Part shown: in pieces, positions 38,133 through 51,396 of the stretch
Layout of the letters: each line of letters starts with the position of its first letter
How positions within the stretch are numbered: the stretch's first letter is position 1
NCBI RefSeq assembly: GCF_026571515.1
Contig: NW_026864453.1
Coordinates: 62,001 to 126,000, forward strand
Direction of reading: 5' to 3'
Length of the DNA: 64,000 bases
DNA from: Ruditapes philippinarum
Taxonomy: Eukaryota
Translations under genes and position numbers: made by a program
Notes under the pieces: generated by a model
What the model saw: only the letters and a program-made list of their open reading frames with translations
What the model was told of the DNA's origin: nothing
The model's database searches: none

Positions 38133-39134
38133 GGCTATAGCTGTGTGTCAGGAGCAAAATCTTATCTGTGTGTCAGGAGCAAAATCAACTGTGGTTGGTT
38201 CCTTGAACAGATACTAGTGTATCCATAAGCTTTTAGCTTCCCAAGTATTTAACTTAAAGATCAGTTGAAACAGATGCTGTAATTAAGTAATAACTTATAG
38301 CAAAAGCTATTAAATTTTCAGTTAAGGGTTACTGAGTCAACTGGCTAACGGCTAGAACATTCAGCAGTGAGAGGCAAGACCTTTAGTGGTTTGAAGTCGA
38401 CAACCTAATAATAACCACTCAGCCATGGACAACCCTCAGAATTAGGTTATAATTTTGGAAAGATCAACATAGGAATTAAATTTTCATGTTGAAGCCAAAA
38501 ATGTAGAAATGTTCATTGAAACTGATGTTTTTTTTTGAGGGAAAAAAAAGAGTGAAAAAAAGCTATGGTAATTGAAAACAATGTACTCTTTGTCGGAGAA
38601 GAAATTTGTAACAAATTGTTTATCATACAAGTACCAGTATCTCAAGTGTTGTTGCAAGTGGATCAGCACTTATAAGAACCATTTGTGCTTTCACTGTCAG
38701 CAATGTGCTACATCTTTAAGCAGCAGGTCTGAGTATGCAATGGTAGGTAGTAGCTTGGTCTTGAAACTTATGCAGCCTATACAATCATCTTTTTGCATTG
38801 CAGTTTTGGAAACAAAGAACTTTGTTTGTTCCTGAGATTTTTTGCTTTAGAGATGATATATTCATTTAGAAATCTTCATTTGGGAAGAGGTTATTTCTCT
38901 ACAGAGGGTTATTCTGCACTGTATAAATATACATTGATAAAACCAAAAACAGAAGCTTGTGTTATTGATGGATTGCACAGATCATGGTATTTCTCCATGA
39001 AGATTTACTTTCTGTGAGCTTCAATTTATATTATTGCGGTTGATAAAATATCGATCAAACTTCAACTTCCTAAGGTAAGTCTCGTTTAATCTTTCCATTA
39101 TTAATTAATTTGTTGATATATCATTTTATTTCAG

Positions 39135-39185
39135 GATTCAGAAAGAACTTGCCGAGATAACTCTTGACCCACCTCCAAACTGCAG
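39135..39185 (+). CDS. UBE2E: UBE2E second coding exon (51 nt): (R)IQKELAEITLDPPPNC(S)
   Basis: ttttatttcAG|GATTCAG...TGCAG|GTAGG; peptide is the conserved UBE2E helix-1 segment; too short for the ORF track. Confidence 0.97.
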
Positions 39186-39619
39186 GTAGGTTTCTTTACC
39201 ATTTTAACAAACCATAATTCCCCTTTGTGGCTGAGGGGTTGCCTTTAAAGGTTGAAGCATCAGAATTGCAGTCACAATTTATCATCATCATTCAGATTGT
39301 TATGTCCCCTCATCATTTGGACGTTGGGGCATATAGAATTAATTGCCCTTGTCCATTCTCACTGTCTCTACTGTAAACAGAACAAAGAGAAACAACAAAC
39401 TTCATTCAGTAATAGTAGAATAAGGGGCAAATGGGCCTGTTATAAACAAACAAATATAACAACTGAAATGGCACATTTTGTTTATAGGCACATCTGTTTG
39501 TCTGTCTGTGTGTCTGTCTGCAGACCTAAAAATGGACTGTGTTGTGGTAGTATATGTGTTCTATATGGACACATTTTTAGTTTTTGTTGATTCTATAGCT
39601 GATATTGTGTAATATTTGC

Positions 39620-39990
39620 ACAATTCATTTGCGACCTGAGTATAAGAAAAGTCACATTTGTGAACAAGACAATTGTGAACATTTATGCTAATGTCATGGT
39701 CACATTTGCAACTGGACTGTCAATGTCTCATTTGCAACTATAGTGTCAATGTCACATTTCAGACTTTTTTTATCAAGGTCACAGTTGAGATCAGTGTCAA
39801 GGTCACAATTAACTGAGACTCCAGTGTCAAGGTCATATTGAGATCATATTGTCATGATCACATTTGAGCATACAGAGCCAATGTAACATTTGAGAGTAGT
39901 GTCAAGGTCACATTTGAGACTAGTGTCAAGGTAACACTTGAAATTTAGGTGCTACGATAACATTTGAGATTGCAGTGTCAAGGTCACATA
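39620..39990. repeat. Degenerate minisatellite (GTGTCAAGGTCACATTTGAGA core)
   Basis: More than 10 diverged copies. Confidence 0.65.
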
Positions 39991-41424
39991 AAACATTATT
40001 CGAGACCAGTTATTACTCAAAGTTATTAAGATAGGAAAGTCTCAGTTTAACTGTTAACAGTTTTGAAGATTTCTATATTAAAACATCAGTGTGTCTACAA
40101 TACTCACTAGATGCATGATCTTATTTCTTCAAAATCCTCCTATAAATTGTGTCATTTACTAGCTCTTCAGACCTAAATAAAAGATGTCTGACATTTTATG
40201 ACATTCTGAAAGAAAACTCTGGGTATATCTTATTCTAGAATCTAATTGATTGATTTAAAACTGCTCTGCAACAGGGTCTCTCATGTCAGTCTGGAAAAAA
40301 AGAACTGGATTTTCTGTGAAATGAAAAAAAAAACTGTTGATTTTTGGAGTGTTGTTACGTTTGTTGTTCAGTCCCCATTCTTATGGTTCAAAAATACCAC
40401 TTGTCCGCTTTTAATTACTAATAGAATTTAAGAGAACTCAATGCAGGATTAGTAGAAAAATGTTGCCGGCACATTGGATTTAGAAACTACTCATCCTGCA
40501 GGACAAGTGACTCTGAAAACATTTTTCGATGCCTGAATTCACATGTTTTTCTTTGCAATCTTCATAGATATTGTTCCCATTCAACAATCATAAATTATGT
40601 GAATAATTATTTTTGAAGATTTAACTGGTAATTTTACGATGAGACTCTAAATATGATTCAGTCACACTGGACTGCTCATATGTTGATTATTACATATTAT
40701 CAGATTCTTTGAAATTATAGATTTTTTTAGAACATTCCCAGCTTCCATGGCAACCAAAAAGTTGGAAATTGTTCTTCTTTCAAATTCAAAATGGCAGCTA
40801 GTTTTTAAAAATGATTTAGAAAATTGTTGAATAAAGTGTTTAGCCTCAATTAAGCCAATGATTTGTGTTTAATGTTGAAGATTTGTCAGTAAAACTAGCT
40901 TCTGTGGTACAGAAAATCTCAGAGACACACTCCTAAGTTAATATTTTTTGCAATATTTATCAATATTATTTCACAGCTACTAGTAAATACCATGTTAGGT
41001 TCTGCTGCAAGATGTCTGCAGAAAACTCATTTTAACTTAAAGGTAATGAATCTCAAATATTTAACAAACAAATAAACTACTTCAGTATTATATTTGTATT
41101 CCCCGAGAAATTAACCTCTGATAAACACAGATGATTTCTATGGGTAGTTAAAACTGTCTGTGGTAAATGTTTTATTTGCCTGTAGCAAAATCTGGCATAA
41201 AATGTTGGAAGCCACATCTGGTAATTAAACTTGGAACATTTATATATATATATGTTCAATGTTAATTGTATTTATGCCTGTGACAGGTTTCACTGTCGTC
41301 GATTGACATCACATGACATGACATGTCATTGCTTGTTTGTTTTGTTTTTGTCAACTAATACCATGGGCAGACATGGTTTATGAATATATTATGACAGAGT
41401 CAGATGCCATAGACACTTTAAGTG

Positions 41425-42610
41425 AAGGGTTGTAACAGTGTAATCTTTCAAATGCCATATACAGTTACTTTAAGTTTAGGTTTTGCTACAGTGTAATCTG
41501 TCAGATGCCATGAACAGTTACTTTAAGTTTAGGTTTGTAACAGTGTTATCTGTCAGGTGGCATGGACAGTTACTTTAAGTTTAGGTTTGTAACAGTGTTA
41601 TCTGTCAGGTGGCATGGACAGTTACTTTAAGTTAAGATTTGTTATAGTGTAATCTCTCAGATGCCATGTACAGTTACTTTAAGGTTAGATTTGTAAAAGT
41701 GTTATCTGTCAGATGCCATGGACAGTTACTTTAAGGTTAGATTTGCAACAGTGTTATCTGTCAGATGCCATGTACAGTTACTTTAAGGTTAGATTTGTAA
41801 CAGTGTTATCTGTCAGATGCCATGTACAGTTACTTTAAGGTTAGATTTGTAACAGTGTAATCTGTCAGATGCCATGGACAGTTACTTTAAGGTTAGATTT
41901 GTAACAGTGTAATCTGTCAGATGCCATGTACAGTTACTTTAAGGTTAGATTTGTAACAGTGTAATCTGTCAGATAATATGGACAGTTACTTTAAGGTTAG
42001 ATTTGTAACAGTGTAATCTGTCAGATGCCATGTACAGTTACTTTAAGGTTAGATTTGTAACAGTGTAATCTGTCAGATGCCATGTACAGTTACTTTAAGG
42101 TTAGATTTGTAACAGTGTTATCTGTCAAATGCCATGTACAGTTACTTTAAGTTTAGGTTTTGCTACAGTGTAATCTGTCAGATGCCATGAACAGTTACTT
42201 TAAGATTAGGTTTGTAACAGTGTTATCTGTCATGTGGAATGGACAGTTACTTTAAGTTAAGATTTGTTACAGTGTAATCTGTCAGATGCCATGGACAGTT
42301 ACTTTAAGATTAGGTTTGTAACAGTGTTATCTGTCATGTGGAATGGACAGTTACTTTAAGTTAAGATTTGTTACAGTGTAATCTGTCAGATGCCATGGAC
42401 AGTTACTTTAAGGTTAGATTTGTAACAGTGTAATCTGTCAGATAATATGGACAGTTACTTTAAGGTTAGATTTGTAACAGTGTAATCTGTCAGATGCCAT
42501 GGACAGTTACTTTAAGGTTAGATTTGTAACAATGTAATCTGTCAGATGACATTGACAGTTACTTTAAGGTTAGATTTGTGACAGTTTAATCTGTCAAATG
42601 TCTTAGACAG
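41425..42610. repeat. 52-bp minisatellite, about 22 copies
   Basis: Unit CAGTTACTTTAAGGTTAGATTTGTAACAGTGTAATCTGTCAGATGCCATGTA; period measured 41931 to 41983. Confidence 0.95.
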
Positions 42611-45127
42611 AGCTCATGACCTTGACTTAACACCCAGTTTTGTAACAGTGGAACTGATTATAACTGTAATCTGACAAATGTCAAGGACAGTTATCCTTCA
42701 CTCCAAATTCTAACAGTGGAATCTGACAAACGTCATGGACAGTGAGTTATCCTAAGCTCCAGATTGTAACAGAATAATCTTGTCATGCTATGAATAATGA
42801 CATTAACCTCTATCTTGTTATAGTGGATTTGGACAATGTTCATATTAATATGGACAATGAGTTATCCAAAGCTCCATCATTATAAAACTGGAACTTGACC
42901 TTAAACTCCAGTATCAACTATCATTGGCACTTGTTGGGAAGTTGAATTACATTAAAGTGATTTCCATAGACCAAACTGCCATTGTGAAACTGGCACTATA
43001 CTCAGACCTTATAGATTTTGCATAATCCATTAGACACATAGATTCGCAAAGAACTATGCTATTTGGCATCCTTGATATAAGTATATTTTGCAAGTCTTTT
43101 AAACTTCAATACTATGGTACAATGAAATCAGCTGTAATATCTGTGAAGGAGTCATAATGATCAATAATTTGCTCGATGACGACCACTTTAATTTTTATCT
43201 CCCGACTCCCCTTCCTGCCAGCTAACTGGTGAATTGAGGTTAATTCTAATAAAAAATATGACAGGTATGTGTGCAGAACAGATATTGCTACTGGTATTCA
43301 ATAAATCCAGAAGTATTCTGGTTATTATTGGTATGTAGTCAGGTCTGTTATTACAAAAATGTTTTGTATCCTAGTGTTGAAAAAAAAGAATGATGTGTCA
43401 AAGAAAATTTTAAAACCGCTACCATGATTTAGAATGATAATTAATAAGCGGATGGATGTTTTTGTTATGGTTATTTAAATTCTTAAAGAAGGACAAAATA
43501 AATTTGTTGACATAAGAAGTTTTAATATAAATATTTGAATAATAGTTTTGCGACACTCTTTAAAAATTCAGAAATATATAGAAGTCAGTCACCTCAGTAT
43601 ACCCTCGTAAAAAAAGAAAATGCACAAATTTGAAATGTTTTAAGATTCAAAATGGACAAAAAGCGAAAGGGAAAGATAACTTTATTCTGCTCAGTTTTTC
43701 GCTTCAGATTGTCTGAAATAATGCTGGGGCCTAAGGGGTGTTTCAGAAGACTTCTTTCTCTAGTTTTCCTAGACGGTTGCCATGACGATGACCTTTACAG
43801 TGGCAGTGTAGCTTTAAACCTAACATATCAACAGTTTAACTCTAATACTGCTAAGTATCTTAAATTGGTTCGTTCATCTTTCAATCTAGACAAGGCTATT
43901 AATAATTTTAAGGGAGAGTTTCAAAATATTATACTGTATGAATAGCAAACAGTGCAGACCATGATCAGATCTTGTTCTGCTATTGTTGCATATGTAGAAT
44001 CTGTTATTGCCCTGCAGGCTTAGAGTAAATTCAGGTGTTGTGTTTTTCATTTTGTATTATTAAAAAAAAAAAACTTATCATAAATTGTTTATCAATTTTC
44101 CAGACACTTGAGGAAATAGAACAAAAAATAATTAGAAATGTTAGAAATGAGGGATAATCTGAATTCTTCTGTCATAAATGAACACATTTTATATTGATCC
44201 ACCATTGTCAAATTGTCAGCCATGGATTACTTCATCTGTCCAAAATAGTCAGTTGGGGATTACTTCCCTTTACTCAAATTGTTGGCTAAGGATTATTTCC
44301 CTTGAGTCAATTTTGATTTTCCACAAGCTCAGGTTGTCAGACTTAATACTGTTAAAGTGATATCATGTTGTAACTATATAACAGGATCCACAGTCAATAA
44401 TTTACATTAACATGTTAATTTAGAAATGAAAGGTTGAAGGAAAATCTTATCTTAGTGGATTTATGGAAACATGTTAAGACAGCTTTTCAAGGCTGAAATG
44501 ATTGATAGTTTTTATGCCGTCTCAAAAACTTCGTATATAGATACATTGCATAGAACAAGGGTACCATGTTTTAAGGTTGAAAAGGTCAAGGTCATTGCAG
44601 AAAGAAGTTAAAAAAGATCTTTATAAATATTGATTAAAAAATTCTTTATAAATATTGATGGTGTTTGGTTAGAATTAATTTACTTTTCATAAAAGTTAAA
44701 AATGTGTTATAACTGTGATTTGAACATATCTCCAATTTGAACATATCTCTAATTTTAACAAATATATACAATTTGAATATATCTCCAGCAATCTTGACCC
44801 CATTTAAACAGAACCACTTCATAAATTGGCTCAGCAATTTAAGGATAGTTGATTCAAGGTTAAATCTTGGCTCATTTCCTCCACTCCTGCCCCCTCCACA
44901 GGGGTGGGTAGGCCTGCATGGTTTTACCTGAGCATTGAATGATTTCAACTCAGTCATGATAAAAATCTATATCAAGTCACTTTGAATTGTACTGCCTTTG
45001 TTGCAAATATGGCTATGTAGGTGTTCTAAAAATGGCATTGACCCTGGTATTAGGACACTAAACATTAAATTCTTGTACACAAACTATTGACTTGTAATCC
45101 AGTTCACATTAAATATAATAAATAACA

Positions 45128-45640
45128 CAGAGTTCGTACAGTCTTAAAAAGTGCTTAAATTTGAGTCCCTTTCTTAAAAAGTGCTTGAAAATGTAAAAAA
45201 GTGCTTAAAAGTCCTTGAATTTGCTTACTGTCTTGAAAAATGCTTTAAAAGTGCTGAAATTTGCTGGAAATATTCTTGAAAATGATTGAATGACATAGTG
45301 TCAATAAAAATCAACAGTAAACAATATCAAAAGAATGATCCAAGTAAGGATCAAAATCAAAGAAATGTTTGCTCAACATAACAGTAAGTCAGGACAAATT
45401 ATAGTTATTTTGAACTAATCTGTATTTGATGCGCCCTTTGTTGTTCTATAAAATCCTTAAAATTCAATATAATGGCCAGAAAATGTGCATTCAACATGAA
45501 ATGGCAAATAAACTATACCTCTTGCATTGAAGATTGTATCGATATATGTGTAACAAATGTGCTTGAAAAATGGGAAAACATGCTTAAATAGTGCTTAAAA
45601 AGTCCTTGAATTTTGGCATTGGATGTCTGTATGAACCCTG
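45128..45640. mobile_element. hAT-like MITE with 5-bp TSD
   Basis: TIRs CAGAGTTCGTACAG / CTGTATGAACCCTG, repeated AAAGTGCTT(G/A)AA subterminal motifs, TAACA on both flanks. Confidence 0.8.
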
Positions 45641-45674
45641 TAACATTATCATTTAATGTGGCCTAGACATATTA

Positions 45675-45968
45675 GAAATGGCCTTTACCCTGATATTTTA
45701 TAACTTTGACATGGCCTTGACCTTGAAATTCTATATCTTAAAATGGCCTTGACCCTGATATTCTATATCTTAAAATGGCCTTGACCCTGATATTCTATAT
45801 CTTACAAATGGCATTGATCCTGATATGTTTTATCTAAGACATAGCCTTGACCCTGATATTTTATAACTTTGACATGGCCTTGACCCTGATATTCTATATC
45901 TTAAAGATGACTATGACCCTGATATTTTATATCTAATAAATCATTAAATGGCCTTGACCCTAATATTC
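45675..45968. repeat. Approximately 32-bp minisatellite (AAATGGCCTTGACCCTGATATTCTATATCTTA)
   Basis: About 8 copies. Confidence 0.8.
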
Positions 45969-46814
45969 TGGCTAATGCCTTCCAATCCTATCTCTTGAAC
46001 ATTAACATTTATCTCTTCCAGGAAAATTGAAAAGAGCTAAATATTTCCAAAGGTTAATGCCAATGTGGATAATAGATTTTCACAATTTAAACCATTATTA
46101 TTATTATTTCTATGCTCATTACCCTTTTGCAACTTGCATTAATAAGATTTTACATTAACATTTTGTTTGCAAAGAATTCTTTTTGATTAATATGGTTATA
46201 ATTGGTTATATAAAAGCAGATATAAAATGATGTAACAAAGTGAAGTCCTATTTATAAGACTTGCCCATTCCTGCATGCTCTGAATTATAATCTTGAAATA
46301 TTTTTGGTAATTCTGTTTGATCCCTTTATCACCTATATCAATTAATCCTTTAACTTCTAAGTGTCACTGATGTGTATGGAGTTGTGTTAAATTTCTTTCT
46401 TGTCTTCAGTCAGTTGATTCACAGTTCTGTTGATATTTTCCTATTGGGTAACAAGTGAACTGATTTTCAGTAGTGTTTGCTGATTTTTGCAAGAAAAGAA
46501 AACTTAAGTTAATACCCAAATCTCAGGGGGATTCCACATTCTTCAGTCAATTCCCAGTGAGGGAGTGAGTGGAGTATGATCCCTCATTCTAGCATGACAT
46601 TACATTTTCAGCTTGTTGATTTCACTGAGCTGTATTTCTGCATAATATTATCTATACAATTTATCTGCCTCAGACAAATAATCAGTCTGCCTTTATTCAA
46701 AGATTTAAGGAGGATTTTATAAGGAAATATTTGAATTGGACTTGTTGATATTGGGAAAACATTGGAGGGAATGTGTTCAAAACAGCTGTCTCATTGTACA
46801 AATTAACCCTTAAA

Positions 46815-47305
46815 ATTGCCATCTATCATCCCCTTTCCTTTAATTGCCTTGTACTTATCCACTTTCATTTAAAATTTTGCCCTGTACTTATCCACTTTCT
46901 TTTGCCCTATACTTACCCAATTACCTTTGCCCTGTACTATCTACTTTTCTTTGCTCTGTACTTATTTCTTTTCTTCGCTCTACTGTAACATATCCCCTTT
47001 CTTGTGCCCTTTACTTATCCCCTTTCCTTTACAAGATGTACTTGTCCCCTTTCCTTTGCTTGGTACATGCCCCCTTTCCTTTGCCCTGTACTTATCCATT
47101 TTCTTTAAATTGCCCTGTACTTTTCCCCTTTCCTTTGCGCTGTTCTAATCCCTTTTCCTTTGCTCTGTACATATCCCCTTTTTCTTTGCCCTGTACTTAT
47201 CCCTTTCCCTTTGAAGTTCTTTGCCTAGCTGTACTTATCCCCTTTCCTTTGCCCTGCACTTAAATGTATCCCACCCTGTACTTATTCCCTTTTATTTTCC
47301 CTGCA
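46815..47305. repeat. Pyrimidine-rich degenerate 25-bp minisatellite (CCCCTTTCCTTTGCCCTGTACTTAT)
   Basis: Many diverged copies; source of the spurious ORFs 46773-47409. Confidence 0.8.
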
Positions 47306-48166
47306 AATATGAAGTTAAGATAGCTTTATTTTATTCAAATGATGAAGTGTATGAACTAGCAGGTAAAAAAAAGAGTTTATTTGGTACTGATTTTACAGGG
47401 CCATCTTAAATGGTTATATTAAATTCACAATGATATCATCATTCTGGACAATTAATTCAAGGCAACTATTCAAGAGTCATTATGTGATCTGAAAACTATG
47501 ACTTGTACTTTAACAGAGAACTTTGTTTAAAGGTTTCTCAGTACATTAGAATTTAGCAGCCACTGAGCAGACTTGAGATATTCTGGCCTGGCTCTGTAAC
47601 TGATGGCTTAGTTCTAGGTTATTAATCACTGTTAACATCGTTCATGGACTTGTCCATTTTTCCATTGTAGACTAAACTATTCATTGTTTTTAGGGAATTT
47701 TTTTAAATACATACACACTGAATAGCTGATTGAATGGCAAACAGTGTGAGCATGAATATGGCTGCTGGGGTCATCGTGGTCACATGGGTAGATTCAGTTG
47801 TCACAAGCAGGATAAGAGTTTAAATGACAAAAGCTCTCACTGCTAGGCTGTTAAATTACTTATTCAAAGTGTTTTAATGAATTCAAGGTATATGCAATTG
47901 GAGTGTTTACATTTTATTGATTTTGACGAAAAAGCTTAGGTAGCAGTTTGATTGTGTTTGGATTTAACATCATTACAACATGATTTATATAATAAAAGTA
48001 CATTGTATTGGAGTTGCTTTCACTTATTTATTTTGTTTGATAGGTGTGCAGTGCCAAGTGTGTTCATCTGATGTAATGTTTAGATCCACAAGAACCAAAC
48101 TCTAAAAGTCACACTGATTATAAATTCATCATATTATATTCATTTAATCATTAAAAGAAAAATTTC

Positions 48167-48405
48167 GGGGTGTCCATGGCCGAGTGGTTAAGGTAGTTGA
48201 CTTCAAAGCACTTGCCCCTCACTGCAGGGACTTTGGATTCTTTCATGTGAGGAAGCTATCCAGCTGAGTTATGGTATGTCAGAATTTTGGTGATAACTAC
48301 TCAGGTGCCTGTTCATGCCTGAAAGGTGCCTGAGGTCTTCCTCCACCAGTAAAAGCTGGAAGATGCCATATGACCTATACTGTGTTGGTGTGCCGTTAAA
48401 CCCAA
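48167..48405 (+). mobile_element. tRNA-derived SINE (family B, probably Meta/MESC-core type), copy 1
   Basis: GGCCGAGTGGTTAAGG A-box, core TTCATGTGAGGAAGCTATCCAGC, tail AAAGCTGGAA...CCATATGACCTATACTGTGTTGGTGTG...TTAAACCC. Confidence 0.85.
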
Positions 48406-48476
48406 TGAAACTTGTTGTAGTTGATTTAAATTTACAGCCAGTAAAAAATCTTAAATTATTTGAAAACAACTTATTT

Positions 48477-48750
48477 GGGTGTCCGTGGCAAAGTGGTTAA
48501 GGTCGTTGACTTCAAACCACTTGCCCCTTGCCCCTGTGAGTTCGAATCCCAACAGGGACTTTGAATTCTTTCATGCGAGGAAGCTATCCAGCCAGCTTAC
48601 AGAACCTTGGTTGTTCTACTTAGGTGCCCGTTCGTGCCTGAAATAGTGCACGGAAAGAGCACCTGTGGTCTTCCTCCACAAGTAAAAGCTGGAAAATCAC
48701 CATATGACCTATACTGTGTGTGTTGGTGTGATGTAAAACCCACCAAAAAA
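48477..48750 (+). mobile_element. SINE family B, copy 2
   Basis: Same architecture with intact B-box GTTCGAATCC; further decayed copies at about 56195-56430, 62130-62260 and (reverse) 14610-14770. Confidence 0.88.
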
Positions 48751-49119
48751 AAGTGATGTTTACACCTGTAAAATGATACTTATTTTCATTTCTGTCATAC
48801 CATATTAATGTTAATGTAGAATAATACAAGCTCTTAAAATATGTCAAGGCTAGGATATAATTAGAATAATAATGAAAAAAAAATTAATGTATTCTACCAG
48901 CTGGCTTTTATCTGAAGGGGAATATGTGAATCTGTACCAATTCTACCTGACTATCTTTTCTGCTAGTAAATTCCAATTTCATAGAGGATGATTTGCATTA
49001 TAGCTAGACATATATATTTTTTGTTGACAACAACACATTGCCACAGACATTATAGAATACAGGATCAGTAGACCTTTTATACTCTTTTGTGTGAGCTTAT
49101 TGAGCAGGCTTTCTTTTAC

Positions 49120-49690
49120 TGTATATTATGCTCACTGTATCTAATGCTCTCTGTATTGTATGCTCACTGTAAATTGTGCTCACTGTATCTTTTGCTCACT
49201 GTCTTTTATGCACACTGTATAGTTATATACTCACTGATTTAAATGCTCACTGTATCTAATGCTCATTGTCGATGATGTTCACTGTATATCTAATGCTCAC
49301 TGTGTCTTAATGCTCACTTTGTCTATTGCTCACTATATCCAATGCTGACTGTATCTAATGCTGACTGTATCTTAATTATGCTCATTGTCCCTGATGTTGT
49401 CTGTATATCTAATGCTCACTGTATCTAATGCTCATTGTTCCTAATGCTCCTTGTATATCTAATGCTCACTATGTCTTAATACTCATGGTCACTATTGGCA
49501 CTGTATCTTATGCTTACTGCATCACTGTATAAAAACTCGCTGAATCAAATAGTCACTGTGTCTTGAATGTTCCCTGTATCTTAAATATGCTCTGTATTTA
49601 TAATGTTTACTCTAATGCTCATTGTATTTTAGGTCTATAATGCTCATTGAGTCTTATGCTCCTTGCTCATTTATTTCTTTGCTCATGAGA
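49120..49690. repeat. Degenerate 16-18-bp minisatellite (TGCTCACTGTATCTAA)
   Basis: More than 20 diverged copies. Confidence 0.8.
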
Positions 49691-50514
49691 TCACTATAGT
49701 CAATACTCATTTATCCCTTGGACATCAAGTCACTGCTGACTCAGAAGTCATGTGGGTTTAGAAGTTGGTCAGTTGTTACTGGTTAGTTATCCAGAAAAGC
49801 TGGTTTGATGGACTGACTGCCATTAGATATGACAAACAGATTAAAAACAAGACAAATGGTCAGTAGAAATGATGTAAAATATAAAAATATTGTTGTACCC
49901 TTTTACTGATAACATTATTTTTCGTCTCATGTCAATATTGCTCCAATTTTTCAAATTCTTTGGTATGTTTCGTCTATTAAATCAGATTTAAAATAATCAG
50001 TTTTCAATACTCCCACTGTGTAAAGATTCAAAATATAATTTCCAGTAAGTGTTTGTTAAGTCAGCATTAATTCCATTATATCTGTTAAGAGACAGATGTA
50101 ATTTCATTGACACTGACTAACAAACTCTTTATGCAAAGCATGCAAAAAAAAGTTTATTTGATTAATTAGCTTAGAATTGGCATGATTATTTGTATATATG
50201 TATTACTTTCATCTTGTTATATCTGTTATATATATGTATATGCAGGAAAGTCAGTTAGGTAATATGGATCGCAAAAATGTGATCAAATATTTGTTGAAAT
50301 CACCAACAAACAAGTCTTCCTTTTGAAATGTTACCATTTTAAAATTTTATAGTATTTCTAGATAAAGAAGAAAGATAAATGCTATATGATAATTTTAGGA
50401 TAAAGATTTGAAGAAAGAGCGCAGTTTATTGGCAATATATATTTAAAGGCATGTAATTATGTAACTTATTGTCACCCAAGTGCAGTAATGGGTTAAGTAC
50501 TTCTAAATTTAATA

Positions 50515-51396
50515 CACTTCAGCCTCATTAAAACGCTCATGTTGGGGTCCAATGTCTCACCACCGCGTTCTAAATGAGGCTCTCAATAGAACGCTCATTG
50601 TGAAATTACCGCATTACCCCACCCACCACATATTATATATAACGCTGATATTTTTTTACTTACTGTTCAATGAATATCAACAATTATCTTTTTCTAAAGC
50701 CATTCAATGATGTAAACATGTATTATATTCACAATAATACTAATTATATTTAAAAGAAACGAAAAACTTTCGAAAGAAAACTATAAATCATGAATGTAGT
50801 GTAAACACTAACAGTTAGCCATTACTGTAATGACGTTTGATTAACTAGGGGACACAACTAAAGCTGGACTGTAAATAACACTGTAATTTACAGTCCAGCT
50901 TTAGTTGTGTCCCCTAGTAAATCAGACGCCAATTACTTCCTGTCATGGCCGCTCTATTTACAGTGTAGGATTTTAAATTGATTTTGGGCTTGTGGGTTAT
51001 TTAATTCAGCGAGGTTTACCTGTCAAAGATATGTGTGTGAATTTTAGTTTATTTATACTCACCACCGGTTGCCAATGTCACAGTTATGATATGAATTTGA
51101 GATTTTGGAAACAATTTGACGACAGGTAAAACAACAAAAGAGCAAATAAACACTTACCTAGGCATGTTTTTCACACCTTTGGCGCTCATAAATGTCCTAA
51201 TGACAATTGTTTATTGTACTTGACAGTCAAATTGAGCAAGCGTTATAGCGCGCTATAAATCTAAGTCTACTTAAAAAAAAAAATTTTTTTTTTTGGAAGT
51301 TTTTTTTTTTTTTTTTTTTTTTTTGGGAGCCAAGGTCTATGAGCGCTCTACTGAGATTAGCGTTATAGTGAAGAGCGAGTTATCGAGGCTACAGTG
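50515..51396. mobile_element. Tc1/mariner-like MITE with TA flanks
   Basis: TA|CACTTCAGCCTCATTAAAACGCTC ... GAGCGAGTTATCGAGGCTACAGTG|TA; repeated CGCTC/GAGCG subterminal motifs. Confidence 0.65.
50844..50918. repeat. Perfect 33-bp inverted repeat with 9-nt loop
   Basis: ACTAGGGGACACAACTAAAGCTGGACTGTAAAT-AACACTGTA-ATTTACAGTCCAGCTTTAGTTGTGTCCCCTAGT. Confidence 0.95.

Noticed and set aside
41425-42610. Regular repeat array resembling a CRISPR array
   Set aside because: No unique spacers, eukaryotic context, no cas genes; simple tandem repeat
46773-47409. Overlapping Pro/Cys/Phe-rich ORFs
   Set aside because: Translation of a pyrimidine-rich minisatellite
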